Shown here: one piece after another, positions 28,564 to 38,775 of the stretch
Position numbering within the stretch: position 1 is the stretch's first letter
Layout of the letters: each line of letters begins with the position of its first letter
DNA from: a virus
Taxonomy: Duplodnaviria; Caudoviricetes
DNA length: 61,111 nucleotides
Reading direction: 5' to 3' (one strand)
IMG/VR virus record: IMGVR_UViG_3300016657_000047
Location: 1-61,111 of that record
The notes under the pieces: model-generated
Database searches by the model: none
Told to the model about the DNA's origin: nothing
Seen by the model: the letters and a program-made list of their open reading frames with translations, nothing else
Translations under genes and position numbers: made by a program

Positions 28564-30504
28564 TTACAGCTCGTCGCCCACGACGCGGATCATTTGGCAG
28601 TCATCTACCAACCAACCCGAAGTGATCTCAAAGACCACGCCATCCAAAGTCACTACATAGTGACGATGTGCCAGATCATAGTTCTTCACCATCGGCAAGA
28701 ACACAGTGACCAGCTCATGCAGTACCGGATTGAGTACGCTATCGATACGCACCGAACGGCTGTCCGGGATCTCGATATCCATGGCTGTACTAGTCATGGT
28801 CAGCAACGTTACCGTGCTGTAGCGATCCAGCAATGCCTTCTTCATGTTTTCTGCTGCTTCGTCCACTTCAACAGCATCAGTCAGCGGTACAGAGAACAGA
28901 CGGCTGATGTGGTTGTCTTGGTGTTTCTCCCAAGCATCCAGTACCAGCGGACCGTAATCTTGCAGCAGGATTTCATCGATGTACTCGATGTCTTCCATGA
29001 AGTTGGTGATCTTCAGACCAACACCCAGGTTACCGCTCAGGATCAGATTGATCTCACGGGTCAGGATGGTGTTCAGCTTACGCAGATGCAGGCGCTTGAA
29101 CTCATCGGTCAACTTGTTCAGTTGATCACGCAGCTGGATGAAGTTGGCTTGGAACGGTAGATGGTCCAGCACGATGTTGTTCTGCTGAGCGATGTCATCG
29201 TCCAGATCATCTTCATGCAGGATGATCTGGAAGTTAACCAGTGCACCGTATGCCTGTAGCTCAGGATTCTCTTGGCGTACCGTGGCGCGACGATAGCGCA
29301 GGTAAGTGATGGCTGCCGGCAGACTGGATTCAGCTACGATCAGATCAGCAGCGATGGCGTTGCCTGAAGTAAAGAAACCACGTTCGGGATCTTCTGCATG
29401 TGCAGCGACTTCATCGTTGATGGCGTTCAACAGCTTAACAGTGGAGTCAGCCACGTTTTGGAAGTTTTCTTTCCAAGGTGCCTTTGCCATGTAGGACGGA
29501 TAAGGCACGCCATGAGCATCGTAGTCCATGATTTCCGGTCTTTGGGTGATGATCTGCACAACGTTGTGGTTGTGGTTGCGTTCGTAGTGTTGGGTATGGG
29601 TACGCGGCGAGAAGCCAGTCAGATACGGTTGATCCGGCGTAGCTTTCCACTGCGTGACGTTCAGTTCTTCCTCGTTCATCAAAAACTCCTCGATAGCAAC
29701 GTCTTGTTGATTGGGGGTACTACTTTCTGGTTGACGTTCCCAGCCGGCATTACCTTGTGGTGGAGTTGCCACATGGTCTTGAAAGCTGCTACTTTGGAAC
29801 GTAGGTTGTGGTTGCGCAGGTGCTTGCGGTTGCCAGGTATGTTGCGTACCTTGTTGCTCAGACTCACCTTGGAAGAACCGATTGTGAGCCGGTAGGTCAG
29901 GACGTGGTTGCGTACCAAACATCGGCTGGGCATAACCGACTGGTTGTTGTTGGAACGGCTGCTGATAAACTGGCTGTTGAAAGCCCGCTTGCGGTTGCGC
30001 ATAGGTAGCCTGCTGCTGCATACGTTGCATGGCCATGTTCAAGATGTTCTTACTGTCTTGAACCAGGCTATTCAGCGCGTTACCAGCTTGTACCGCTTGC
30101 ATGTATACTTGCGGCGGTACGAACTGTTGCAGGTCAGGATAGCGTGCTGCAATTGCACCAGCGTACATCGCTACCACTTGCGGTACTACCGAATCAGCCA
30201 GATTACCGGGCATTTGATTCGGGTTACGCACCATATCAGCTTCGATCTTGAGAACGATGGTGTTCAACAACTGATTGAATTCAACGTTGTTAAAGTTGTT
30301 TTCAGACATGATGTTAAACATCAGTACACGCACTGCGTTCATTTGCGCGTTGCGCTGAATCTCCAATGCAATGGCCGCACACAGCTGCGGCAGTACTTGC
30401 GCTACCATCTGACTTGCCTGAATGTTCGGAATGAACGGCGGCTGATTCAGATTGATCGGCATGAATTGACGCGCGAGTTTGGATGGGTCATAGGGCAGTT
30501 GCAT
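28564..30504 (-). CDS. conserved phiKZ-like hypothetical protein with Gln/Pro-rich linker
   Basis: 646 aa, AAGGA RBS, directly downstream of the RNAP subunit gene. Confidence 0.75.
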   Translation of the reverse strand: MQLPYDPSKLARQFMPINLNQPPFIPNIQASQMVAQVLPQLCAAIALEIQRNAQMNAVRVLMFNIMSENNFNNVEFNQLLNTIVLKIEADMVRNPNQMPGNLADSVVPQVVAMYAGAIAARYPDLQQFVPPQVYMQAVQAGNALNSLVQDSKNILNMAMQRMQQQATYAQPQAGFQQPVYQQPFQQQPVGYAQPMFGTQPRPDLPAHNRFFQGESEQQGTQHTWQPQAPAQPQPTFQSSSFQDHVATPPQGNAGWERQPESSTPNQQDVAIEEFLMNEEELNVTQWKATPDQPYLTGFSPRTHTQHYERNHNHNVVQIITQRPEIMDYDAHGVPYPSYMAKAPWKENFQNVADSTVKLLNAINDEVAAHAEDPERGFFTSGNAIAADLIVAESSLPAAITYLRYRRATVRQENPELQAYGALVNFQIILHEDDLDDDIAQQNNIVLDHLPFQANFIQLRDQLNKLTDEFKRLHLRKLNTILTREINLILSGNLGVGLKITNFMEDIEYIDEILLQDYGPLVLDAWEKHQDNHISRLFSVPLTDAVEVDEAAENMKKALLDRYSTVTLLTMTSTAMDIEIPDSRSVRIDSVLNPVLHELVTVFLPMVKNYDLAHRHYVVTLDGVVFEITSGWLVDDCQMIRVVGDEL

Positions 30505-30559
30505 TTTACTTTATTCCTTTTCAATGCACGGGCGGCTGGTTAGACCGCCCTTATTAATC

Positions 30560-32233
30560 TTAGTCAGTTTGTCCAGGTTGACGAGATTGCTTGATCCAGT
30601 CTTGGTAGGTATCGAGCATATCCACGAAGCGAGGATCGCGTAGTACAGCACCGCGATTGTCAGTCTTCACACACGGGTTAACGCGTGCCCAGGCCGACGG
30701 CTCACTCTTAGGCAAGTTGCAGAAGCCACCAATTTCTGCATTAGAAACATGCAGACGTTTAGACGGATCTTGACCACGCGTGTCGCCTTTACGCATTTTG
30801 GTCGACTTACTTTGTGGCACCATGATCGCAGTCAGCTTCAGTGCCTTGTTGCCATTGGGAGACGAGACCGTAGAGATCACACCAGAACCCTTAAGCAAAC
30901 TGTAGATGAAGCCAGTGCGAATCGTGCTGGCCAGATGGTTGTTGATATCCGTTACCGTCAACTCTTTCTTCGACGATGCTGCTTTGATGCGGAAGTAGAA
31001 GTTGTTGATGGCAGAGAGCAGATCGTAGAACACGTAGTACAGTACCGACAGCTCTTTCCCATAGAGACTGCTGATATTGTCACGTGCACCCAAGATCCAA
31101 TCACTGAGGCGATCAATCACGATAGCAAAGAACTCGTAGATGTCGTTCACTTGCATGTTGATATGTCGGAACTTGATCCGCAGCCGTTCATCGACATACT
31201 CATCGAGGGACTCGATGTGTGTCGAGATGTCATCGTGCAGTTCGCCTTGCGGGATATGATCACCCCACAGGATCAACCCCATCAGGATACGCCACAGTCG
31301 CAGACTCTCCAGATACTCCGGTTGGATACGTTGCGAGAAGTGGTCAGCCAGGTAGTAGAAGGAGCCAATCATGCTTTGGATCATGTTAGCCTTTTTGGGG
31401 TCTTCATAATCCACACGCGGAACCAACACAATCAGATCGGTTGGCACGTAGTCGAAGTAACCGTAAGTCTTGGGCTTCGACATAGTTGCCGTACTACATG
31501 CTACCCAGTCATCAGTCGGGTAATCGTCTACGTTGTAATCCGCACGCTTTACTACTTTAGGGCGGGTACCAGCAAAGCGAGTAAAGGTTTCATCAAAGCC
31601 ATACTTACACAGCAAGTAATGAAACATGGTGGTCTTCATGGCGATCTTGGGTTTGTTCTTACTCTTGTCCTTCTTGTGATGGACTTGAGAGTGCGGCTGG
31701 TAGACTGTTTCCAGTCGACCATCTGCATAGAACCGTACGTTCATCCGCTTGAACGTTACCTTCGAACGACTGAACACCACGAAGATGTCATTCAGGCCAA
31801 CTGAGATGACTTGGTCAGCCAGAATCGGAGAGATCAGATAACGCGTACCAGACAGATAGATGATGCCGCCATCACTAATGTCCGGAAGACTCAGATACGT
31901 CTTGATCTCTTCACCTTTGTAAGTGAAGCGATACTTGACCATGTACGTATCAGAGCGAGCGATATCGAATTCTCGCTTGCTTTGCTGTACGCCTTGTTTG
32001 CGCCGGCCACGTCGAGGTTGACGTTTGGAGAGGTTGGCAAACTCTTCTTCAGGTGAGCAGGGCGTACCACCATGATATTCAAGGCCAGGCGGAAAACCTT
32101 TTGCGATGGCACGAAACATCTCATCGACGTAACGCTCCCGCTCACGAGCATGCTTGGTGGCAATGCCGTTGGTGATATCCGGATTCAACTGTGGAGTTGT
32201 TTCTCGGATGAACTGATGCAATTGGGGATCCAT
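30560..32233 (-). CDS. non-virion RNA polymerase beta subunit, N-terminal part (phiKZ gp123-like)
   Basis: 557 aa; LSLP...GG.IYLSG..Y..SP..AD, EIGG..NLPKSEP....VNP; beta-like N-terminal region; synteny with capsid and DnaB genes. Confidence 0.75.
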   Translation of the reverse strand: MDPQLHQFIRETTPQLNPDITNGIATKHARERERYVDEMFRAIAKGFPPGLEYHGGTPCSPEEEFANLSKRQPRRGRRKQGVQQSKREFDIARSDTYMVKYRFTYKGEEIKTYLSLPDISDGGIIYLSGTRYLISPILADQVISVGLNDIFVVFSRSKVTFKRMNVRFYADGRLETVYQPHSQVHHKKDKSKNKPKIAMKTTMFHYLLCKYGFDETFTRFAGTRPKVVKRADYNVDDYPTDDWVACSTATMSKPKTYGYFDYVPTDLIVLVPRVDYEDPKKANMIQSMIGSFYYLADHFSQRIQPEYLESLRLWRILMGLILWGDHIPQGELHDDISTHIESLDEYVDERLRIKFRHINMQVNDIYEFFAIVIDRLSDWILGARDNISSLYGKELSVLYYVFYDLLSAINNFYFRIKAASSKKELTVTDINNHLASTIRTGFIYSLLKGSGVISTVSSPNGNKALKLTAIMVPQSKSTKMRKGDTRGQDPSKRLHVSNAEIGGFCNLPKSEPSAWARVNPCVKTDNRGAVLRDPRFVDMLDTYQDWIKQSRQPGQTD

Positions 32234-32257
32234 TCATTGCTCCTTATCAAGTACTAA

Positions 32258-33085
32258 TCATTTTCCAATTACCCACCCTTTGTACCCAGTTACTATCCGT
32301 CTATGGAAAGTTTTATACTTGATACCGTAGAAGCTAGCAGCAGCTGCATAACTAGGATACGTAACGCCATCGATGGTGATAGGAATGCTGTTGGCAGCTT
32401 TAAAGTTCTCACGATAATTTGGGTCTTGCCAAGTTTTAAGTTTGGCAATTCTTATTTTATCGCGAGCTTCTGAAGTTCTCTTTTTACCAACATGTTTAGC
32501 CCTGTATTCAGGATTTTGCCAGTATTTCTGGGTATTCCTTCTTCTCAGTTCTACACATTCCGGTTTCATAAGAGCCTCACTGACTGCTTTACCGTGATTT
32601 CTCTTATTTTCATCAGAGGCATAATACTGCATTAAACCATTGGTAATTTTCACCCGGTGTTCAGGTGATCTAGAAACACCCTTACCATTTAATCTAGCGT
32701 CTAATGCAGTATTTGTCAGGGTTCCAGTTACGGCCAGCTTATCCAAGAAAAATTGTTCAACATCGTACGCTTCCTCCCTAGTTTTCGTTGATTTGAACTT
32801 TATGGTTAATTTTGGATGAACATCGAAAGCGGCTTGCAATTTTTTGCTTCGATGAGTCCCTTTCATAAGGCTGATTGCATGACCGTGCAGTCTGCGATAT
32901 AGGTTGCAAGTACTACCAACGTACAGTAGCCCCGTGTGGGGATGTTCGATGATGTAGGCCCCAGTGATAGAGTGGTCTTTTCTATTCACTGCTAATCCAA
33001 TAGCATGCAAAATACCTTCCGCAGAATGCCTGCTACCAACAGTCTCTCGTGATGGCACAGAGGGATCTATTAGTTGTTCGTCCAC
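32258..33085 (-). CDS. GIY-YIG homing endonuclease
   Basis: GAYII...LYVGST..L.RR..H...L..GTH, EQ..LD, N; NUMOD3-like RS.EHR.KI repeats; C-terminal I.IDG..Y.S..AA HTH. Confidence 0.85.
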   Translation of the reverse strand: MDEQLIDPSVPSRETVGSRHSAEGILHAIGLAVNRKDHSITGAYIIEHPHTGLLYVGSTCNLYRRLHGHAISLMKGTHRSKKLQAAFDVHPKLTIKFKSTKTREEAYDVEQFFLDKLAVTGTLTNTALDARLNGKGVSRSPEHRVKITNGLMQYYASDENKRNHGKAVSEALMKPECVELRRRNTQKYWQNPEYRAKHVGKKRTSEARDKIRIAKLKTWQDPNYRENFKAANSIPITIDGVTYPSYAAAASFYGIKYKTFHRRIVTGYKGWVIGK

Positions 33086-33188
33086 CTTAAAACCCTCTCT
33101 ATTGCTAAAACGATCTGTCGGCTAGTAAAGACCCTATTCCTAGGATGATTGCTACCTGTATTTTATTATCTGCAGATCGAGACTACTG

Positions 33189-34352
33189 TTACAGGACTGA
33201 CTTAAGCGCTACGAATACAGCGCCTATCCCCAAGATGATTGAGGGGAGATATTTAATTAACTCACCTTCTTCCTTCCGTCTAAGTGAACGATAATCGTAA
33301 CCTTCTTTCTCGTACTCATAGTCCAGCTTACGACGACGCTCTTGGTCGTTGTGCTTAGCATCTGTGTAACTCTTGAAGGTATCGGTCATCATCTTGATTT
33401 CGTTGTGCAGTGCCTCATTGCGCACTTGCTCTCGCTTAATAGTTGCCTTCTCAGTCTCCAGTTCTTGGTTAGCCTTAGCCAAAGCCATCTTCATCTCATC
33501 CAACTGCAATTGAGCTTCAGCTAGCTTTTGCTTTTGGGCTACTTCAAAGCTAGGTCCAGATACGGCCTGTTCGTAGGTTCTGAAGAAACCACACTTCTCC
33601 ATCTCCTGTATGTTGTCAGCATCAATAAAGATTATTCGGGTCTGACGTTCTGATTGAGAACTGGTGACGACGTTCTCTATCGTGATATGTAAGCCATGTT
33701 CACGATGCATGCTCATCTGTGGTTCGATGGCAATAATCTTGTCAGAGAAGCGGGTGAAGAGTGGGCGTTGTCCTTCATCATGCGTGACGTACTCAATAGT
33801 GATATTCCCGGTATTGGTTTTCTCACCACCCCCCATATACGTCTTGATATCCATGTCCCGTCCCTCAACACTGTAGGGATGGACAAGATAGTTATACCGA
33901 TTAGGAATACCCACAGCAATGTCTAAGTCGTGGACATACAGCTTACCTCCAGCATCGACAATCATGTTCTCAGTAACGGCATATTCGATAATGGATCGTT
34001 TCGACCCATAGCCTTCTGCATAGCCGTCTACTAAGTTTTCACGAATGAGCCGAAGAGTGTGGTTCTGATCCGCAGTTACTGAATTCAGCAACTTATGTAC
34101 GTTCTCCACAATCTCCCGCTTAAAGACCATTTCCACTCTGATGATGAACTCACGTGCTAGCTTGATATTGCTAGCCGTCGGAATATCCATCTTCAGACCG
34201 TTCCTTAGTGCTACAGTTACTCTACTGCTAAGGTTGTTAAAGTAGGAGATCTGCATGTGGAAACCACACCGATCTATCCCTCGTTCAAGAGGGTTGTCAA
34301 TGCCCGCTCTCGGATCAACGAATTCGGGACGCAGATAAGTAGAACTTGCCAT
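33189..34352 (-). CDS. conserved hypothetical protein with coiled coil and C-terminal TM helix
   Basis: 387 aa; heptad-rich region and hydrophobic C-terminus. Confidence 0.75.
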   Translation of the reverse strand: MASSTYLRPEFVDPRAGIDNPLERGIDRCGFHMQISYFNNLSSRVTVALRNGLKMDIPTASNIKLAREFIIRVEMVFKREIVENVHKLLNSVTADQNHTLRLIRENLVDGYAEGYGSKRSIIEYAVTENMIVDAGGKLYVHDLDIAVGIPNRYNYLVHPYSVEGRDMDIKTYMGGGEKTNTGNITIEYVTHDEGQRPLFTRFSDKIIAIEPQMSMHREHGLHITIENVVTSSQSERQTRIIFIDADNIQEMEKCGFFRTYEQAVSGPSFEVAQKQKLAEAQLQLDEMKMALAKANQELETEKATIKREQVRNEALHNEIKMMTDTFKSYTDAKHNDQERRRKLDYEYEKEGYDYRSLRRKEEGELIKYLPSIILGIGAVFVALKSVL

Positions 34353-34400
34353 TTTACATTCTTCTCGCTAAGCCTCTACGTAAATATACCAATGGTACTA

Positions 34401-34424
34401 CACTAGGATGATATATGTCTAAAA
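34401..34424 (-). promoter_or_regulatory. candidate phage early promoter (copy 2)
   Basis: Minus strand TTTTAGACATATATCATCCTAGTG, ~50 nt upstream of the start at 34352. Confidence 0.55.
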
Positions 34425-34455
34425 AAAACTACGTTAACGGCATAACGGCATAGAT

Positions 34456-34491
34456 GACAGGAGAAACCCTCCGAAGAGAATTTCTCCTGTC
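34456..34491 (-). terminator. stem-loop downstream of the capsid gene
   Basis: GACAGGAGAAA...TTTCTCCTGTC. Confidence 0.6.
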
Positions 34492-34556
34492 TTGCCCCTA
34501 CGCAACATGTGCAAGGTTCTACGCTAAGATGAATCGCTCCACCCTAGTAGTGCAGC

Positions 34557-36734
34557 TTACGGCTGGGTATCAACGACACCGTTAACCAGCATCGGAACGC
34601 GAGTAGCGACGATGTCTTTGATACCGGTTACGGTGATCGAAGCCATTACCGGCAGGTTCACGATGTGGTTGAAGTCCGGCTGAACGGTCAGTTCAGTGGA
34701 GTTCGCGCCGTTACGCATGGTCGGCAGCTCAGTTACCAGTTCCGGCTTCCACAGGAAGTTACCGAAGTTCAGCGGGCTACCAGCAGCGCTGGCTTCGTCT
34801 TGCTCAGCGAAGGTCATCACGATCTTGCCGATCATGTTTACGTTCGGAGTGGAGACCAGCTTCATCGGGAAGTTTTCGCCGAGGGTGCGGAAGTCACCTT
34901 GCTGCATCAGGTAGCGAGCGATCACCTGGTCAGTACCAACTACCAGTACCGGCGGCAGGCTGTTACCACCATGCAGGCTGTCAGCAGCGGCCTTGTAACC
35001 GGAATCGCGGTACATGCGGTAAGCGATGTCACGCAGTTGGTTCAGCAGCAGCGACTGGATGGCTTCGTAACGCTCTTTGTCGTTGGTGAAGCTGATCTTG
35101 GCAGCAACGTCCAGATCAACATGCTCATAGTACGGAGTTACCATGTAACGAGCGGCGCCGAAAGCGTCGTTGTCCAGAGCGTGGTGGTCAGCGTTGTGGG
35201 TAACGTGAGCGGCCAGGAAGCGTTCGGTTTCCAGCAGCTTGTTAACACCAGCAGCGCAAGCGCGCAGGTTGGTCACGTGAATCAGACCAGCCAGGTCAGC
35301 ATGGGAGTCGATCGAAGTGTTGGTCTGCGGACGAGCAACGGTAACCGGCGAATGACGACGGGAACCGTAAACCATTTTCACTTCGGATACGTCCAGCATC
35401 TGGCCACGCTGACGACGGTTACTGTTGGTACGACGAGCGATCACGTCGTAGCCGAACACGGAACCAGCATTGATCAGGTCAACCAGGGATTGACCAACAC
35501 CTTGGTCCATCGGAACCAGTGCACCGGTCTTGTCCTTGATTTCCAGAACTTGTACCTGGCCACCTTGTACCTGAATGGTACCGTATTCCAGATCCAGTTC
35601 ACCGTAAGCAGTCAGCTTAACGCGAACAGCGTATTCGCTGGTGCCAACAACAGCCAGAGCCACCAGGTCGGAACCGTCAGCGTTCTTGGTCAGCGGGCTG
35701 ATTGCCGGAGCATTGGTATTCATGCTCAGGGTCATGCGACGGTTACGGCCAGTTTGGGCAGCCAGGAATGCGGCGCTGGAAACGGATTCCAGACCAGCAA
35801 ACTTGATTACGTCAACGTCGCCAGCTTGGTTGGTGAACTTCACATACACGTTGGTCAGTTGAACCAGGCTGTCCAGAGCATCGGATTGATCCAGTACACC
35901 AGCGGCCAGCAGCTCGTCGGTAGCGGACAGAGCGATCAGATCAGCTTGGTTGCCTACTTTCAGCGGAGCGGTGGTGATGGTCTGGCCTTCCAGTACGGTC
36001 GGAGCCGGAGCCACCAGAGCCGGATCAACGAAGTGCTTTTCGTTACCCGGACGAACAACCGGAACGATCTTGGTCTGGTCGTTGCGCAGGATCGACGGAT
36101 CGATAGCGGCTTTGATCAGGTTCTTACGGTTGAAGCCTTCTTGCGGGTCGCCGGACAGATGACGAACGATTTCGTCTTGCAGCATGAACAGGCGCACGCT
36201 GATGGTCAGACCGAATTGGTCCGGAGTCAGGGTAACCGGCTTGAAGAAGGCGTCGCAGAACTCGTCTTGACGAGCGGAGTTCATGTTGTACAGTACGGAT
36301 GCAGCGATCAGGCCATCACGAGCGGTGGTGTCGTAAGCTTCCAGACCCTTGCTCAGGATACCAGCGGTGTAACCAGCGGAATCTTCGGACGGAATGATGA
36401 TGGCGCCTTCTTGGGCCAGACGGCTCAGACCTGCTTGACGGTCGGCACCGAAGTGAGCTTTTGGGTTGGCAGCGATAGCGAATGCAGCTTGGCCAGCTTC
36501 CAGCTGAGCCTGGGTGAACTTCATCTTGGTACCAGCGATCATGCCGTTCAGGGAGTGCTCAAAGCCTTCCATTGCGGTGGTCAGTTCGTTCTGGGTGCCT
36601 ACGTCCAGGGATTCCAGACCAGCGTTCAGTACGCGGCCGATGGCTTCGCTGGGCAGATATTGACCAGTAACGCGGCTTTTGATGGAGTCGAACAGGCCGG
36701 TCAGGGAACCCGGTTTGGTTTGCTTCTTAAACAT
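34557..36734 (-). CDS. major capsid protein (phiKZ gp120-like)
   Basis: ~725 aa, start at ATG 36734 (AAAGGA RBS); very strong codon bias; propeptide with GLE/AME/GLE protease motifs; RQDEF..AFF, RTNSNRRQRG, VGTD..IARYL, EL.VQP..HI.NLP. Confidence 0.85.
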   Translation of the reverse strand: MFKKQTKPGSLTGLFDSIKSRVTGQYLPSEAIGRVLNAGLESLDVGTQNELTTAMEGFEHSLNGMIAGTKMKFTQAQLEAGQAAFAIAANPKAHFGADRQAGLSRLAQEGAIIIPSEDSAGYTAGILSKGLEAYDTTARDGLIAASVLYNMNSARQDEFCDAFFKPVTLTPDQFGLTISVRLFMLQDEIVRHLSGDPQEGFNRKNLIKAAIDPSILRNDQTKIVPVVRPGNEKHFVDPALVAPAPTVLEGQTITTAPLKVGNQADLIALSATDELLAAGVLDQSDALDSLVQLTNVYVKFTNQAGDVDVIKFAGLESVSSAAFLAAQTGRNRRMTLSMNTNAPAISPLTKNADGSDLVALAVVGTSEYAVRVKLTAYGELDLEYGTIQVQGGQVQVLEIKDKTGALVPMDQGVGQSLVDLINAGSVFGYDVIARRTNSNRRQRGQMLDVSEVKMVYGSRRHSPVTVARPQTNTSIDSHADLAGLIHVTNLRACAAGVNKLLETERFLAAHVTHNADHHALDNDAFGAARYMVTPYYEHVDLDVAAKISFTNDKERYEAIQSLLLNQLRDIAYRMYRDSGYKAAADSLHGGNSLPPVLVVGTDQVIARYLMQQGDFRTLGENFPMKLVSTPNVNMIGKIVMTFAEQDEASAAGSPLNFGNFLWKPELVTELPTMRNGANSTELTVQPDFNHIVNLPVMASITVTGIKDIVATRVPMLVNGVVDTQP

Positions 36735-36803
36735 GATGCGATTTCCTTTGATCAAAGAAAAGTTACACAGGGGCAGTAAATCGAATTGAGGAGAAAAAGA
36801 TCG

Positions 36804-37439
36804 TTACGCCGCTGAAAGGATTTCCAGGTAGCGTTTGAACCATTCAGTTCTGGAAACTTCGTGAGACGGCACCGTCCTATAGAATGATCGCAAGATTTGC
36901 TCCAGGGCGCGGACCCGAAGTTCCTTACTTTCATTGGGCTTGGCCGAAAAGTAGCCAGGCCGGATGGTCATGATGCAAAGATCAGTGTCCACATCATTAA
37001 TGATGAATGGATCGTCTTCAATCACTTCCGTTGACTGAGCATCGTCACTAAACATACGATTGACGATTGCATTGGACACATCATCCATTTCGGCGAGTTT
37101 AAAAATATTGCCGATGAGGATACGTTGTTGCTCGGTCAATGCACTGGTTTCCCAGTAGCGGCGCAATGCATATTGGTTGGTAAAAGGATTTTTACCAATT
37201 ACCGGCGTCGGGGCCATCGAATCAAGAGGCCCAGGCTGCAGATCGCCCACTATATAATGCGCTTTATCTTGCAACACCAGTAGTTGAGCCAGATCATTAA
37301 TAGCAATAAACTTGCTAATCCGGTTAAAATCGAGAATGTCCTTTGGTTCGAGCTGGCGTGCAACCAGACGTTGACTGATCCATAGCGGAACCAGGATCAC
37401 ATCTTTTTGACGGCAGCCAGGAAACTTATTACTGATCAT
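36804..37439 (-). CDS. hypothetical protein upstream of the capsid gene
   Basis: 211 aa ORF, same strand as the capsid gene. Confidence 0.7.
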   Translation of the reverse strand: MISNKFPGCRQKDVILVPLWISQRLVARQLEPKDILDFNRISKFIAINDLAQLLVLQDKAHYIVGDLQPGPLDSMAPTPVIGKNPFTNQYALRRYWETSALTEQQRILIGNIFKLAEMDDVSNAIVNRMFSDDAQSTEVIEDDPFIINDVDTDLCIMTIRPGYFSAKPNESKELRVRALEQILRSFYRTVPSHEVSRTEWFKRYLEILSAA

Positions 37440-37614
37440 ACTGGTTCCCTAATAATGGCAGTATAAAAAAAGTCTGCGTTGTTACTACTATGAGCAACGG
37501 GCAGAGCGCTCAGATAATTCTTGCGCAACCCGAACAAATTTAGGGCCACGGATGTCATAGATATACTACACATCTTGGGGCGTACTAGGAAAATAGAACG
37601 AAATAAATACGGCC

Positions 37615-38775
37615 ATGAACAACAAACTCTTGCTGATTAAATGCATTACACTGTTGTATAGTGAAAGTCTGATCGAGGATAAGAAGGACAAATCCAAAGA
37701 TCTAGTGCTGCAAGCAGTATCTCTCGTTAAGATGCCGGAACTGAACGTCACCATTAACCCGGAATATGAAACACTGGACGGTCTACGTAAAACAACTATC
37801 GAAATGGCACATGATCCAGTCGATACCATTTACGACCTTCCAACAATGATGCAACGAGTACGCATCGTTTGTGTTGAAGAGCCCTCATTGTTTGAGAGCT
37901 TTAAAGATGTAGTCGTTCATGAGCGTGATCAAATTGCTCTGAAACGGATGTGTGTGAATTTACGTCGCACCATCAATAAGTATTTCCGTGATGAGAAGAT
38001 TCGTGAGATCTTTAGTCGGGCGAACACTAAGCTTAAGTTTGAAGCCGACAAGATTATGGACTATGGTGAGTTCGCACAAGAAGTTATGACGGAGTTGGAA
38101 GGCTTTCATGCGGTAGTGGATGATAAAGATCCGGCCATTGTGGCGGAACTTTGTACTACTAATCGGGACAGCATCGTCAAAGCCTTTGAGAGTGTGAAGG
38201 AGCAGGAATCGGGTGCATCGGTATTTAAGTGTGGTTGGCAAGGTATTAACCGCATGTTGGCACATCAGATTCGTCGTGGTGCAAACATTGTGGTAGGCGC
38301 CCTACAACACAACTACAAGACTGGTTTCACGTTCAACTTCTTTCGCCAACTGGTGATGTACAACAAACCAGTTATGCTGGACCCGACGAAGAAACCGCTG
38401 GCAGTGTGGATTACCTTTGAAGATGAGGTGGAAAACAACCTGCGGATGATGTACGTGTCTATCCGCTGTAACGAAATCAGAGGTCCAATCCCGAAAGATG
38501 AGATGGATAGTAAGACGGCCGAAGAAATGACCGATTACATCATCGAATCTCTCAACAAGAGCAACTACATCGTTAAGATCCTTCAAGTTAACCCAAGCGA
38601 TTGGACTTACAAGAAGATCCACAACAAGATTCAGGAATACGAAGCAGAAGGTTACGAAGTACATCTGCTTGGTGTTGACTACCTGTCTCTGGTACCGACG
38701 ACTGGTTGTTCTGAAGGTCCGGCTGGCCATGCATTGCGTGACCTGTTCCGCCGTATGCGTAACTTCACAAACGCT
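37615..38775 (+). CDS. dnaB: DnaB-like replicative helicase, exon 1
   Basis: GWQGINRML...RRG, atypical Walker A GALQHNYKTG, TFED, Walker B LLGVDYL; reading frame continues in exon 2. Confidence 0.85.

Noticed and set aside
30749-31804. 351 aa plus-strand ORF, and similar long antisense ORFs such as 24885..25673, 28516..29160 and 47076..48041
   Set aside because: They overlap well-supported genes on the opposite strand and are explained by codon bias.
34665-36779. 704 aa plus-strand ORF
   Set aside because: Antisense shadow of the strongly codon-biased major capsid gene; no motifs or RBS.
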